DNA of 64,000 nt. It comes from Paracoccus sp. (in: a-proteobacteria). Lineage in GTDB: Bacteria; Pseudomonadota; Alphaproteobacteria; Rhodobacterales; Rhodobacteraceae. The DNA lies in assembly GCA_030538425.1 (NCBI GenBank), contig JAUNTZ010000001.1, positions 55,454 to 119,453 on the forward strand, given 5' to 3'. Shown piece by piece: positions 18,247-28,418 of this stretch. Positions within the stretch are counted from its first letter, which is position 1. Each line of letters starts with the position of its first letter. The notes beneath the pieces were generated by a model. That model made no database searches and had not been told where the DNA came from. It saw only the letters and a program-made list of their open reading frames with translations. Both the position numbers and the translations under genes were made by a program.

Positions 18247-19578
18247 ATGGTAGCAAAGCATTTCAAAGGTCTGATATCGTATGACGCGATGGAAACCATT
18301 CGGAACACCAACGAATGGATGGGCGCCTCGGCCCGCGCCATGGCCTCTTACCCGGCTTGGGCGCTGATCCCGCATCCGATGTTCAAGGTGATGAGTGCGT
18401 GGGGCCGCGTCACCGAACGCAGCTTCGCGCGCATGGTCATCAAGCCCGACTGGAATATCCCTTCGGTGGTCGGTGACGACGGGCAGGACCATCTGGTCTA
18501 TGTGGAACCCGTGCTGAAACGCGATTTCGGTGATCTGGTGCAGTTCGTCGTCGCCCGGCGTGAGCCGATGCCGCGCAAGGTTCTGCTGGTGGCGCCGATG
18601 TCGGGTCACTATGCCACGCTGCTGCGCTCGACGGTCGTGTCGCTCTTGGCGGATTGCGATGTCTATGTCACCGACTGGCACAATGCCCGCGACATTCCGG
18701 TCAGCAAGGGCAAGTTCGATGTCGAGGATTATACGAAATATCTGGTCGAGTTCATGGCCCATCTCGGCCCCGACCTGAACGTGATTGCGGTCTGTCAGCC
18801 CGCGCCGCTGGCCTTGGCGGCGACGGCGATTCTGGCCGAAGAGAACCCCAAATCGCAGCCCAAATCGCTGATCCTGATCGGCGGGCCGATCAACCCCGAT
18901 GCCGCCGCGACCGAGGTCACCGATTTCGGCAATCGCGTCACCATGGGTGAGCTGGAACATATGATGATCCAGTCGGTCGGCTTCAAATACAAAGGCGCGG
19001 GGCGGATGGTTTATCCGGGGCTGGCGCAGCTTTCGTCCTTTATCGCGATGAATGCCGACACCCACAGCCGGGCCTTCTTCGACAAGATCATCGCCGAGGC
19101 GAACGGGCAGGGGTCCGAGGGCGACAAGCATAACAAGTTCTATGACGAATATCTGGCCGTCATGGACATGACCGCCGAGTTCTATCTTTCGACCGTCGAA
19201 CGCATCTTCAAAGGGCTGGAAATCGCGCAGAACCGCTTTACCGTCGATGGCAAGCCCGTTGATCTGACCAAGATCAAGGATGTGGCGATCATGACGGTCG
19301 AGGGCGCGAATGACGATATTTCCGCGCCCGGCCAATGCGTCGCCGCGCTTGAGATCTGCTCAAGCGTGCCCGAGGCGAAAAAGGCCCAGCATCTGGAGCC
19401 CGGTGCGGGCCATTACGGCATCTTTGCAGGCAAAAGCTGGCGCATGAACATTCGCCCGCGAGTCCTTGATTTCATTGACAATCACACGCTGTCCAAGACG
19501 ACGAAGCGCAAACGCGGCGGGCCTGCCAGCCGCAACGTGCCGCCCGCGCTTGAGGATGACAGCCGCGTCGCGGTGTAA
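18247..19578 (+). CDS. phaZ: Intracellular PHA depolymerase
   Basis: VAPMSGHYATLLR, AVCQP, VEGANDDIS, GHYGIF. Confidence 0.95.
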   Translation: MVAKHFKGLISYDAMETIRNTNEWMGASARAMASYPAWALIPHPMFKVMSAWGRVTERSFARMVIKPDWNIPSVVGDDGQDHLVYVEPVLKRDFGDLVQFVVARREPMPRKVLLVAPMSGHYATLLRSTVVSLLADCDVYVTDWHNARDIPVSKGKFDVEDYTKYLVEFMAHLGPDLNVIAVCQPAPLALAATAILAEENPKSQPKSLILIGGPINPDAAATEVTDFGNRVTMGELEHMMIQSVGFKYKGAGRMVYPGLAQLSSFIAMNADTHSRAFFDKIIAEANGQGSEGDKHNKFYDEYLAVMDMTAEFYLSTVERIFKGLEIAQNRFTVDGKPVDLTKIKDVAIMTVEGANDDISAPGQCVAALEICSSVPEAKKAQHLEPGAGHYGIFAGKSWRMNIRPRVLDFIDNHTLSKTTKRKRGGPASRNVPPALEDDSRVAV

Positions 19579-19581
19579 GAC

Positions 19582-19609
19582 AAAAAGGGGCGGGCGACTG
19601 CCCCTTTTT
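19582..19609. terminator. Bidirectional terminator between phaZ and the lrp-type gene
   Basis: AAAAAGGGGCGG-GCGA-CTGCCCCTTTTT. Confidence 0.75.
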
Positions 19610-20055
19610 CAGGCGCGCTCGTCCTTTGATGTGCCCACGACGACATGCGTGGTGATCGTCGCCAGATGCTCAAAATCGCCCAGAACATCGCGGTGAAACT
19701 GGCGATAGGCGGGCAGGTCGCGACATTCGACCCGCAGGATATATTCGACCGTGCCGGTGATGTTGTGACATTCGACCACCTGCGGCGCGCTCGCGCAGCG
19801 CCGTTCAAACGCCAGTTGCACCGCTGAGGTGTGGCGGCTCAGCCCGATCATCACATAGGCCATAAAGCCGATATCCCGCGCCTCGGGCCCCAGAACGGCG
19901 CGATAGCCCGCGATTATCCCGCGCTTTTCCATCGCAGCAACGCGGCGCAGGCAGGTTGAGGGCGACAGGCCCACCGCGTCCGCCAAAGCCTGATTGGTGA
20001 TTCGACCATCACGGCGCAGAGCGTGGAGGATTCGTTCATCGTCAGCATCAATCAT
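19609..20055 (-). CDS. Lrp/AsnC family transcriptional regulator
   Basis: DERILHALRRDGRITNQALADAVGLSPSTCLRRV; ECHNITG. Confidence 0.92.
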   Translation of the reverse strand: MIDADDERILHALRRDGRITNQALADAVGLSPSTCLRRVAAMEKRGIIAGYRAVLGPEARDIGFMAYVMIGLSRHTSAVQLAFERRCASAPQVVECHNITGTVEYILRVECRDLPAYRQFHRDVLGDFEHLATITTHVVVGTSKDERA

Positions 20056-20152
20056 GGCGGATTCCGTCGATCATACGGCTTACCTGCTGCATTTTGGTGA
20101 ATTGTGTCGCGTCATGCGGGTTATTCTGCCATCCAAACCGCATGAGGAAAAG

Positions 20153-20734
20153 ATGGAACATCTGCTTGCCCTGACCGCATTTGCCTTTGTCACCACGGTC
20201 ACGCCCGGGCCGAACAATATGATGCTGATGAGTTCGGGCGCGAATTTCGGCCTGCGCCGGACCCTGCCGCATCTGGGCGGGATCATGCTGGGCGTGGCGG
20301 TGATGGTAATGGTGCTTGGCAGCGGCGTGGCCATAGCGCTGCATCAGGCCCCGCGTGCGGAAACCGCGCTACGCATCGCTGCCATGGGTTACATCCTCTG
20401 GCTTGCGTGGAAAATCGCCCATTCCGCCGCGCCCGATGGCAGCAAGGGCCGGGCGCGTCCGCTGAATCTGCTGGAAGCCGCCCTGTTTCAATGGCTTAAC
20501 CCCAAAGCATGGGCGATGGCGCTTGGCGCTTTGGGGGCCTATGCGGCGGCGGTGGGCGGGGTGCCGGTGGTCGCGGCCATCTTCGCCGCCGTTGGCCCGG
20601 TCGCGATGATCCCGTGGATCGTGGCGGGCCAGAAAATCGGGCGCTTTCTCACATCACCGCGCCGGTTGCGGCTGTTCAACTGGACTATGGCAGGGCTTCT
20701 GGTCGCGTCCATGCTGCCGGTCCTGTTCCTATAG
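20153..20734 (+). CDS. LysE family translocator
   Basis: [19 protein letters not shown]; divergent from the Lrp regulator. Confidence 0.92.
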   Translation: MEHLLALTAFAFVTTVTPGPNNMMLMSSGANFGLRRTLPHLGGIMLGVAVMVMVLGSGVAIALHQAPRAETALRIAAMGYILWLAWKIAHSAAPDGSKGRARPLNLLEAALFQWLNPKAWAMALGALGAYAAAVGGVPVVAAIFAAVGPVAMIPWIVAGQKIGRFLTSPRRLRLFNWTMAGLLVASMLPVLFL

Positions 20735-21859
20735 CGGCGCAATATCGCCCTCGCCTCGGGCGGCGTGGAAATCGGCCACGAAATCATCCAGCCGCCCCGC
20801 CGCAATCGCATCGCGCAAGCCCTGCATCAGATCCTGATAATAATGCAGGTTATGCCACGTCAGCAGCATCCCGGAAATCATCTCTCCGGCGCGGAAAACA
20901 TGGTGTAGATAGGCGCGGCTATAGCCGCGACAGGCGGGGCAGGCACAGTTTTCATCCAAGGGCCGCGGGTCGTCGGCATGCCGCGCGTTCTTGATATTGA
21001 CGAAGCCATGCCGCGTCCAGGCCTGCCCCGTCCGCCCCGAACGCGAGGGCAGAACGCAGTCCATCATATCCACCCCGCGCTGCACCGCGCCCACAATATC
21101 GTCGGGCTTGCCCACGCCCATCAGATAGCGCGGCTTGTCCTCGGGCAGCAGGTCCGGCGCGTAGTCGAGAACGCCAAACATCGCCTCTTGCCCCTCGCCC
21201 ACGGCCAGACCGCCGATCGCATAGCCGTCAAAGCCGATGCTGCGCAGCGCCTCGGCGCTTTCCTCGCGCAGATCGCGGATGACGCCGCCCTGCATGATCC
21301 CGAACAGCGCATGGCCGGGCCGGTCGCCAAAGGCATCGCGGCTCCGCGCGGCCCATCGCATCGACAGCCGCATCGCCTCGGCCTGCCGTTCCTCTGTCGC
21401 GGGCAGGGCGGGGCATTCGTCGAAGGCCATCACGATATCCGAGCCAAGCAGCCGCTGAATCTCCATGCTGGTTTCGGGCGAGAGCATATGACGGCTGCCG
21501 TCGATATGGCTGGAAAAGGTCACGCCCTCTTCGGTCAGCTTGCGCAAAGCGGCAAGGCTCATCACCTGAAACCCGCCTGAATCGGTCAGAATCGGGCGCT
21601 CCCAGTTCATGAAACGGTGCAAGCCCCCCAGCCGCGCGATGCGTTCCGCGCCGGGGCGCAGCATCAGGTGATAGGTATTGCCCAAGAGGATATCCGCCCC
21701 GGTCGCGCGCACCGATTCGGGCAGCATTGCTTTGACGGTGGCCGCCGTGCCCACCGGCATGAAGGCCGGCGTGCGGATCTCACCGCGCGGGGTGCCGATC
21801 TGGCCCACCCGCGCCTTGCCGTCACTCGCCTTGACCTTGAATGAAAACCTGCTCATCAC
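20729..21859 (-). CDS. tgt: tRNA-guanine transglycosylase
   Basis: [29 protein letters not shown], CxCxxC zinc site. Confidence 0.97.
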   Translation of the reverse strand: MMSRFSFKVKASDGKARVGQIGTPRGEIRTPAFMPVGTAATVKAMLPESVRATGADILLGNTYHLMLRPGAERIARLGGLHRFMNWERPILTDSGGFQVMSLAALRKLTEEGVTFSSHIDGSRHMLSPETSMEIQRLLGSDIVMAFDECPALPATEERQAEAMRLSMRWAARSRDAFGDRPGHALFGIMQGGVIRDLREESAEALRSIGFDGYAIGGLAVGEGQEAMFGVLDYAPDLLPEDKPRYLMGVGKPDDIVGAVQRGVDMMDCVLPSRSGRTGQAWTRHGFVNIKNARHADDPRPLDENCACPACRGYSRAYLHHVFRAGEMISGMLLTWHNLHYYQDLMQGLRDAIAAGRLDDFVADFHAARGEGDIAPL

Positions 21860-21884
21860 GCTATCCTTCTGTCAGCCCGCGCCC

Positions 21885-23075
21885 TTACCGCGCCCCGGCG
21901 GCAAGGTGAAGCCCCGCCGCATGGCCCGAGGCCCATGCCCATTGGAAATTATACCCGCCGAGCCAGCCGGTGACATCCACCGCCTCGCCAATGAAATAGA
22001 GCCCCGGCACGGTGCGGGCCTGCATGGTTTTGGCGTCAAGGTCGCGCGTATCGACGCCGCCAAGCGTGACCTCGGCGGTGCGGTAACCCTCGGAGCCGAC
22101 CGGGCGAAGCTGCCAGCGATGGATGCGTGCGGCGAGTCTCTCGATCCCAGCATTGTTCAGCGCGGCGAGCTTTGCCCCGCTGAGGCCCTGTTCGACGGCA
22201 ATATGCTCGGCCAGACGGGCGGGCAGGGCGCTACCCAAGGCGGTTTTAACCTCGATCTTGCCGCCACCCTCGCGCCTGTCGCGCAGAAGCGCGGCGATAT
22301 CCGCGCCGGGCGCGAGATCGACGATGATCTCCTCCCCCGGCTGCCAATAGCTTGAGATTTGCAGCACCGCAGGCCCCGACACGCCGCGATGGGTGAACAG
22401 AAAGCCGTCGCGGAACCGAGTCTTGCCATGCCGAGTCTCAGCCTCGACCGAGACCCCCGAAAGCGCGCGAGATGCGGCCAGATCCTGCTCAGCAAAGGTC
22501 AGCGGCACCAGCCCCGCCCGCGTCTTTGTCACGCGCAGCTCGAAATAGGCGGCAATGTCATAGGCGAGCCCGGTCGCGCCCATCTTCGGGATCGACTTGC
22601 CGCCCGTCGCCACCACCACGGCACGCGCAGCCACCGGACCCTGCGAGGTGTCCGCGTGAAACCCCTCGGCCATGGCGCGCAGCCCGGTCAGCGCGGTCTC
22701 AAGCCAGATCTCGGCCCCTTCGGCGCGGCGGATCAGCATATCGGTGATCTGGGTCGCTTTCCCGTCGCAAAAGAGCTGGCCCGCGGTCTTTTCGTGCCAG
22801 GCAATCCCCGCCCGATCCACGAGGCTCACAAAATCGCGCGGGCCGAACCCCGCCAGAGCCGAGGCCGCAAAGCGCGGATTATCCGACAGAAACCGTTCGC
22901 GCGACGTGTCCAGATTGGTGAAATTGCACCGCCCCCCGCCCGAGATGCGAATCTTCTCGCCCGGCGCGCGGGCATGGTCGATCACCAGCACCCGAATGCC
23001 CTGCGCCTTCGCCGAGCCCGCACAGAACAGCCCGGCCGCCCCGGCCCCCAAAATCAGCACATCCACCTGTTTCAT
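21885..23075 (-). CDS. HI0933/BaiN-like NAD(P)/FAD-dependent oxidoreductase
   Basis: GAGAAG, KIRISGGGRCNFTN, GGYNFQWAWASG. Confidence 0.93.
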   Translation of the reverse strand: MKQVDVLILGAGAAGLFCAGSAKAQGIRVLVIDHARAPGEKIRISGGGRCNFTNLDTSRERFLSDNPRFAASALAGFGPRDFVSLVDRAGIAWHEKTAGQLFCDGKATQITDMLIRRAEGAEIWLETALTGLRAMAEGFHADTSQGPVAARAVVVATGGKSIPKMGATGLAYDIAAYFELRVTKTRAGLVPLTFAEQDLAASRALSGVSVEAETRHGKTRFRDGFLFTHRGVSGPAVLQISSYWQPGEEIIVDLAPGADIAALLRDRREGGGKIEVKTALGSALPARLAEHIAVEQGLSGAKLAALNNAGIERLAARIHRWQLRPVGSEGYRTAEVTLGGVDTRDLDAKTMQARTVPGLYFIGEAVDVTGWLGGYNFQWAWASGHAAGLHLAAGAR

Positions 23076-23169
23076 GAGGCCCGCTTACCCCGCCCTGCGG
23101 ATTGCGACAAGTTTTTGTATTTCCCCCCTTGCGCCCCCCCGAACCCTTGGCTACATACGCCCGCACCGT

Positions 23170-23244
23170 TGGGGTGTAGCCAAGTGGTAAGGCAGCGGTT
23201 TTTGGTACCGTGTACCGTAGGTTCGAATCCTACCACCCCAGCCA
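23170..23244 (+). tRNA. tRNA-Gln(TTG)
   Basis: TGGGGTGTAGCCAAGTGGTAAGGCAGCGGTTTTTGGTACCGTGTACCGTAGGTTCGAATCCTACCACCCCAGCCA. Confidence 0.97.
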
Positions 23245-23731
23245 AGACATCTAGAAAATGTAATGGAATCAACGGCGAAAGCCGCGTTTTTGCGCGCTTT
23301 GTGTCACGCCCTCGCGAGAGGGTAACATAAATTGTGAGACACCGAACCCGAACGAGGCGAGGCGGCGGCGGTCCGCTGGCCCCTTCCTGGATCGACGGGT
23401 TTGTTCGTCTACATCCCTCGGCGGATCCCGCAGCCGCTCGCAATAATCCGTGGTCGCGGGTTTTTCTGTCGCGTCGAACGCCTCTCTTTGCTGAAGCGAT
23501 GGGGGTCACGTTCAACCCGGAACGACGGGCCGTGCATCTGTTGACACCGGAGCAAGCTGCGTTCTTTGAGCCGTTCGGCTATGACACGGCCTGGCTGAGA
23601 TCTCGCAAGGCTCTGGATCACAAACTTTCATAGGCCGCGCGTCTTTGGTTGCGCGGCGCAGAGGGCTTTCAGCTTGCTAGGGCGCGGGGGAAAGTGCTCT
23701 AACAGTGGAAAAGCGATACGGGGGCAGGCGC

Positions 23732-25525
23732 ATGACGGAACTGGTGTTCAAAGGCAAGGAATTCGTTTGGAATCATCACCTTGCGGTGCCGTTCCGGCCC
23801 TTGATCATGCAGGCGGACAAGGGGATTGGTGCGCCGCGGCTGGACGGGAACCTGATCGTGCAGGGCGATAACCTGCACGCGCTGAAGGCGCTTTTGCCGA
23901 TCTATGCGGGCCGCGTGGACTGCATCTTCATCGACCCGCCCTATAATACCGGCAATGAGGGCTGGGTCTATAATGACAACGTGAACGCGCCGATGATCCG
24001 GGAATGGCTGGACGCCGAAGTGGGATTAGACGACGGTTTGCGACACGATAAATGGTGCGCGATGATGTGGCCGCGCCTCAGACTCTTGCGCGAACTGTTG
24101 CGGGACGGCGGGTTGATTTTTGTCGCAATCGATCACAACGAAGCACACCACCTGCGCAACCTAATGTCGGAAGTCTTTGAAGACGGGAATTTTATCGCAA
24201 ATATCGTTTGGCAAAAGCGGACCTCTCCCGAGGCTCGGAAAAGACTCGGACAAGCGCACGATACAATTTTGGTATTCAAGAAAGGATCGGAGAAAGAGAC
24301 GCTCAGCAAACTCGATTCCGAAGAGAATGAGGAAGAAGTCGCCAATAGGGACGATGACCCACGGGGGGCGTGGGCCTCGACCGATATGACGGCACAAAAT
24401 CCCGATCCAACGAAACGAAAAGATCAACAATATAAGATTACGTTGCCAAGCGGAGACATAATCTCGCCCCCGCCGGGACGTTGTTGGTCCATGCTGGAGC
24501 CTGAGTTCGAAAGACTTAGGAATGATAACCGCATTTGGTTCGGCGTGAATGGTGATGCGAGACCGAGGATTAAGAATTTTCTTTCTGAGAGTGCGGGAAC
24601 GTCAGCTTGGACGTGGTGGCCAAACGGCGAGGTGGGCCACAATCAAGAGGCGACAAAGGAAGTTCTCAGAATTCTAGGTGGCGATGCTTCTTTCGACTAC
24701 CCAAAGCCTGTTCGACTAATCCGCCGAATTCTGGACCTTGCCACCGACAAGGACTCCATCATCCTCGACTCCTTCGCCGGTTCCGGCACCACGGCCCATG
24801 CCGTCCTCGAAGCCAACAAGCGCGACGGTGGCAACCGGCGCTTTATCCTTGTGGAGATGGAGGATTATGCCGATCGGCTGACCGCCGAACGGGTGCGGCG
24901 TGTGATCAACGGCTATGACTTCACCGGCACGCAAAAAACCGAACTGCTGCGCGAGCGGCTGAACTGGCGCTCGATTGAAAAAGCGGGCGATCTGGTGGAC
25001 AAGGTGCAGGGGATCGAAAACCTGCATGGCCACGAATACGACAAGATCACCAAACAGGTGAAGGGCGGCGAGCTGATCGTCACCGGCGAAAAACGCGTCG
25101 CAGACCGGGCCGAGGGGTTGGGCGGCGAATTCACCTATTGCACGCTGGGCGAGCCGGTTGAGCTTGACCATATCCTGACCGGCGAAGACCTGCCCGCCTT
25201 TGACGCGCTGGCGGGGGTGCTGTTTCATATGGCGACCTCGCAGCCGCTCGACCCCGCCAGGCTGGACGCGGACCGCGCCTATGTGGGCGAGGCGGGCGGC
25301 ACCCATGTCTGGCTGATCTACCGCCCCGATCTCGACTGGCTGAAATCGCCCGACGCGGCCCTGACCCTCAGCTTCGCGCGCAAGCTGGCCCGTGCGCAGC
25401 CCGACGCGCGGCACCTTGTCTTTGCCCCCGCGCGATATGTCAGCCAGAAGATGCTGGACGACCAGCGCTTGCCCGTCGAATTCGTGCCGCTGCCCTTTGC
25501 GCTCTACCGGGTGGAACGGGTCTGA
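23732..25525 (+). CDS. mod: Type III R-M methyltransferase (Mod, beta class)
   Basis: QGDNLHALK, IDPPY, YPKP, ILDSFAGSGTT; TGATG coupling to res. Confidence 0.92.
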   Translation: MTELVFKGKEFVWNHHLAVPFRPLIMQADKGIGAPRLDGNLIVQGDNLHALKALLPIYAGRVDCIFIDPPYNTGNEGWVYNDNVNAPMIREWLDAEVGLDDGLRHDKWCAMMWPRLRLLRELLRDGGLIFVAIDHNEAHHLRNLMSEVFEDGNFIANIVWQKRTSPEARKRLGQAHDTILVFKKGSEKETLSKLDSEENEEEVANRDDDPRGAWASTDMTAQNPDPTKRKDQQYKITLPSGDIISPPPGRCWSMLEPEFERLRNDNRIWFGVNGDARPRIKNFLSESAGTSAWTWWPNGEVGHNQEATKEVLRILGGDASFDYPKPVRLIRRILDLATDKDSIILDSFAGSGTTAHAVLEANKRDGGNRRFILVEMEDYADRLTAERVRRVINGYDFTGTQKTELLRERLNWRSIEKAGDLVDKVQGIENLHGHEYDKITKQVKGGELIVTGEKRVADRAEGLGGEFTYCTLGEPVELDHILTGEDLPAFDALAGVLFHMATSQPLDPARLDADRAYVGEAGGTHVWLIYRPDLDWLKSPDAALTLSFARKLARAQPDARHLVFAPARYVSQKMLDDQRLPVEFVPLPFALYRVERV

Positions 25526-28125
25526 TGCGCACGCTCGATTATCAGGCGCGGGTGCTGGACACGCTGGACGTCTATCTCGACGAGTTGAAGGCGCGCAAGG
25601 CCGAGGCCGATCAGATCGACGCGCTGCGCGCCTCAAACCCGAGCCTGCCGATCCCGGCGATGGACTTCACTGAAACCGCCTGGGCGAAGCTGAACGGCGC
25701 GGGGCGCTTGCCGGCATCGCGCGCGAACGTGCCCTTTTCTCCGCGCCGCGATGGCGTGGGCCGCGCGGTGCCGAATGTCACGCTGAAGGTGCCCACGGGC
25801 GGCGGCAAGACCTGGCTGGCGGTGAACGCGGTCAGCCGGATCATGGGGCGGTATCTGGCGAAGAACACCGGCTTTGTGCTGTGGATCGTGCCGAATGAGG
25901 CGATCTATTCGCAGACGCTGAAGGCGCTGAAGAACCGCCAGCATCCCTATCGGCAGGCGCTGGACCGCGCGGCGGCGGGGCGCGTGAAGGTGATGGAGAA
26001 ATCCGACCGGCTGGACGCGCGGGATGTGGCGGCGAATCTCTGCGTGATGATCCTGATGCTGCAATCCGCGAACCGGCAGACGCAGGACGCGCTGCGCATG
26101 TTCCGCGACCGGGGCGACGTGCACGGGTTCTTTGCGCCCGAAGGCGATCAGGCGGCGCATGCGCGCGAATTCGCGGCGGTGCCGAACCTTGACGGCTATC
26201 AGGGCATGTTCCCGATGGTGAAGGACTCGCTTGGCAATGCGCTGCGCAAGATCAGGCCAGTTGTGGTGATGGATGAGGGGCAGAAGGCTACCTCTGAGTT
26301 GGCACATGACACGCTTTACGGCTTTAACCCGATCTTCGTTCTGGAGCTGACCGCGACGCCCAAGGATGTGGCGGCAAAAGGCGCGAGGCCGGGGCGCGCG
26401 GCAAACCTCCTGGTGGAGGTGACGGGGCGTGAGCTGCATGCCGAAGACATGATCAAGATGCCGCTGAACCTTGATCCGAGGCAGGGCACGGACTGGCGCG
26501 GAACGCTCACGGCGGCGCTGGGCCGGCTGAACAGGCTTGACGCCGAGGCGCGTGCTTATGGGGCGGACAGGGGCGCGCTGGGCTATATCCGGCCCATCAT
26601 GCTGGTGCAGGTCGAACGGACCGGCAAGGATCAGCGCGACGGCGCGCATATTCACGCGGACGATGTGAAGGAGTGGCTGCTGGCGGCGGGGCTGGATGAG
26701 GCCGAAGTCGCAATCAAGACCGCCGAACAGAACGACCTCAGCCAACCCGAGAATCAGGACCTCATGTCGCCCCAGAACCGGGTGCGGGTGATCGTGACCA
26801 AGGCGGCACTGCAAGAGGGCTGGGATTGCCCCTTCGCCTATGTGCTGTGTTCGCTGGCGGCGGCGTCGAACATGGCTGCCATGACGCAGCTTGTCGGGCG
26901 CATCCTGCGCCAGCCCTATGCGCTGAAGACCGGCGTGGCGGCGCTGGACGAATGCTATGTGGTCACGCATCACGCGGCCACGCGCGACGTGGTGGCGGCG
27001 ATCAAGACCGGGCTGGAACGCGACGGTCTGGCCGATCTGGTGATCGAGGTGCCGCAAGAGGGCGGCGCGACCAATACCGGCACGGCGCGGAAAATCGAGC
27101 GGCGCGCAGCGTTCCAGAGCCTCCAGATCTACCTGCCCAAGGTGCTGAAAGTGGAAGCGGGCGATGTGCGCGACCTCGACTATGAAACCGACATTCTGGC
27201 GGCAATCGACTGGCGGGACTTTTCTCCGGCTGGCGTGGTGGCCGAGATGCCCGACAATCCGGCGCAGGTGGCCGCGCAGCTGCAGCGCATCGCCCTGACC
27301 GATGCCAGCGAGGACGAGTATTTCCGCGGTGAGCTTGTCGCGGCGGCGGCGGAGACTCTGCGCTTTGACGCGACCTATGCGGTGCGCGTGGTCTCTGATC
27401 TGGTGCCCAACCCCTTTGTGGCGCGCGGGATCGTGGCGGAACTGGTGGCGGGGCTGACAGCGCGCGGCTTCGATGCGGCCAGGCTGGGTGCCGCGTCAGG
27501 GGTGATCATCGACCGGCTGCGGGTGGCCCTGATCAAGGAACGCGACGCCCGATCCGAAGCCCTGTTCCGCGCAGAGATGAAGGCCGGGAAGATTCAATTC
27601 CGCCTGCGGCTGGACGGGAACAACTGGCAGATGCCGGACCACATGCTGACCACGGAGCCTGTGAGCTCGCCCCACCTGACCGGGGCGAATGGAGGCCCTC
27701 TGGATCGGAGCCTGTTTGCCCCTGTCTTCCGAAACGAGCTGAACGGCGAGGAACGGAATGTCGCCGTGCACCTGGACGGGGATAGCACGGTAAAGTGGTG
27801 GCATCGCAACGTGGCCAAGGCCAGCTACGGCATGGGGTTGCAAGGCTGGAAGCGCGGGCGCATCTATCCCGACTTCATCTTCGCCACGGGCGGCAATGCG
27901 GGCGCCGGGCGGATCGTGGTGCTGGAGACCAAGGGCGACCACCTGCAAAACCCCGATACCGACTACAAACGCGACCTGCTGGAATTCCTCACGCAGAACT
28001 TCTCATGGGATCAGGCGGTGCCTGCCGGTCAGCTCGAGATAGCGATGACCGGCGAGACGGTGGAATGCGCCTTGGTGTTGATGGAAGAGATTCCGGTGAA
28101 GCTGCCCGCGTTGCTGGCGCCCTGA
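25525..28125 (+). CDS. res: Type III R-M restriction subunit (SF2 helicase plus PD-(D/E)XK nuclease)
   Basis: VPTGGGKT, VVMDEGQ, ALQEGWDCP, QLVGRILR, YPDFI...LETKG. Confidence 0.92.
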   Translation: MRTLDYQARVLDTLDVYLDELKARKAEADQIDALRASNPSLPIPAMDFTETAWAKLNGAGRLPASRANVPFSPRRDGVGRAVPNVTLKVPTGGGKTWLAVNAVSRIMGRYLAKNTGFVLWIVPNEAIYSQTLKALKNRQHPYRQALDRAAAGRVKVMEKSDRLDARDVAANLCVMILMLQSANRQTQDALRMFRDRGDVHGFFAPEGDQAAHAREFAAVPNLDGYQGMFPMVKDSLGNALRKIRPVVVMDEGQKATSELAHDTLYGFNPIFVLELTATPKDVAAKGARPGRAANLLVEVTGRELHAEDMIKMPLNLDPRQGTDWRGTLTAALGRLNRLDAEARAYGADRGALGYIRPIMLVQVERTGKDQRDGAHIHADDVKEWLLAAGLDEAEVAIKTAEQNDLSQPENQDLMSPQNRVRVIVTKAALQEGWDCPFAYVLCSLAAASNMAAMTQLVGRILRQPYALKTGVAALDECYVVTHHAATRDVVAAIKTGLERDGLADLVIEVPQEGGATNTGTARKIERRAAFQSLQIYLPKVLKVEAGDVRDLDYETDILAAIDWRDFSPAGVVAEMPDNPAQVAAQLQRIALTDASEDEYFRGELVAAAAETLRFDATYAVRVVSDLVPNPFVARGIVAELVAGLTARGFDAARLGAASGVIIDRLRVALIKERDARSEALFRAEMKAGKIQFRLRLDGNNWQMPDHMLTTEPVSSPHLTGANGGPLDRSLFAPVFRNELNGEERNVAVHLDGDSTVKWWHRNVAKASYGMGLQGWKRGRIYPDFIFATGGNAGAGRIVVLETKGDHLQNPDTDYKRDLLEFLTQNFSWDQAVPAGQLEIAMTGETVECALVLMEEIPVKLPALLAP

Positions 28126-28126
28126 G

Positions 28127-28210
28127 TCACGACGCCTCTTGCAGGTAGGGATAGACGCTGGACCGCGCCACGTCCGGCGCCTTGGCCATCGCGGTAGGGG
28201 TCATTCCCTG
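28127..28210 (-). pseudogene. Relic of a resolvase C-terminal HTH
   Basis: Reverse strand reads GMTPTAMAKAPDVARSSVYPYLQEAS*, like the Hin/resolvase HTH end. Confidence 0.55.
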
Positions 28211-28418
28211 TGCGCGGTTGCTTTGCGGATGCACGCGCAATTACTTAGTTATTCGCGCTCAGCCGACGCGCCAACCGACAATGATAATTCCCTTAAGGAG
28301 AGTGGCACTTGCAGCAACACTTCAACCAGGTGGCGGGGTGAAGCGCGGCACTCGCAGCATCTGGAAAATACAATTCCTGGATACTACATAAGGTAGAACA
28401 GCTGATTGAGCGCGCGAG

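Noticed and set aside
23732-24030. Phase variation of mod by simple sequence repeats
   Set aside because: No homopolymer or short tandem tract seen in the gene or its upstream region
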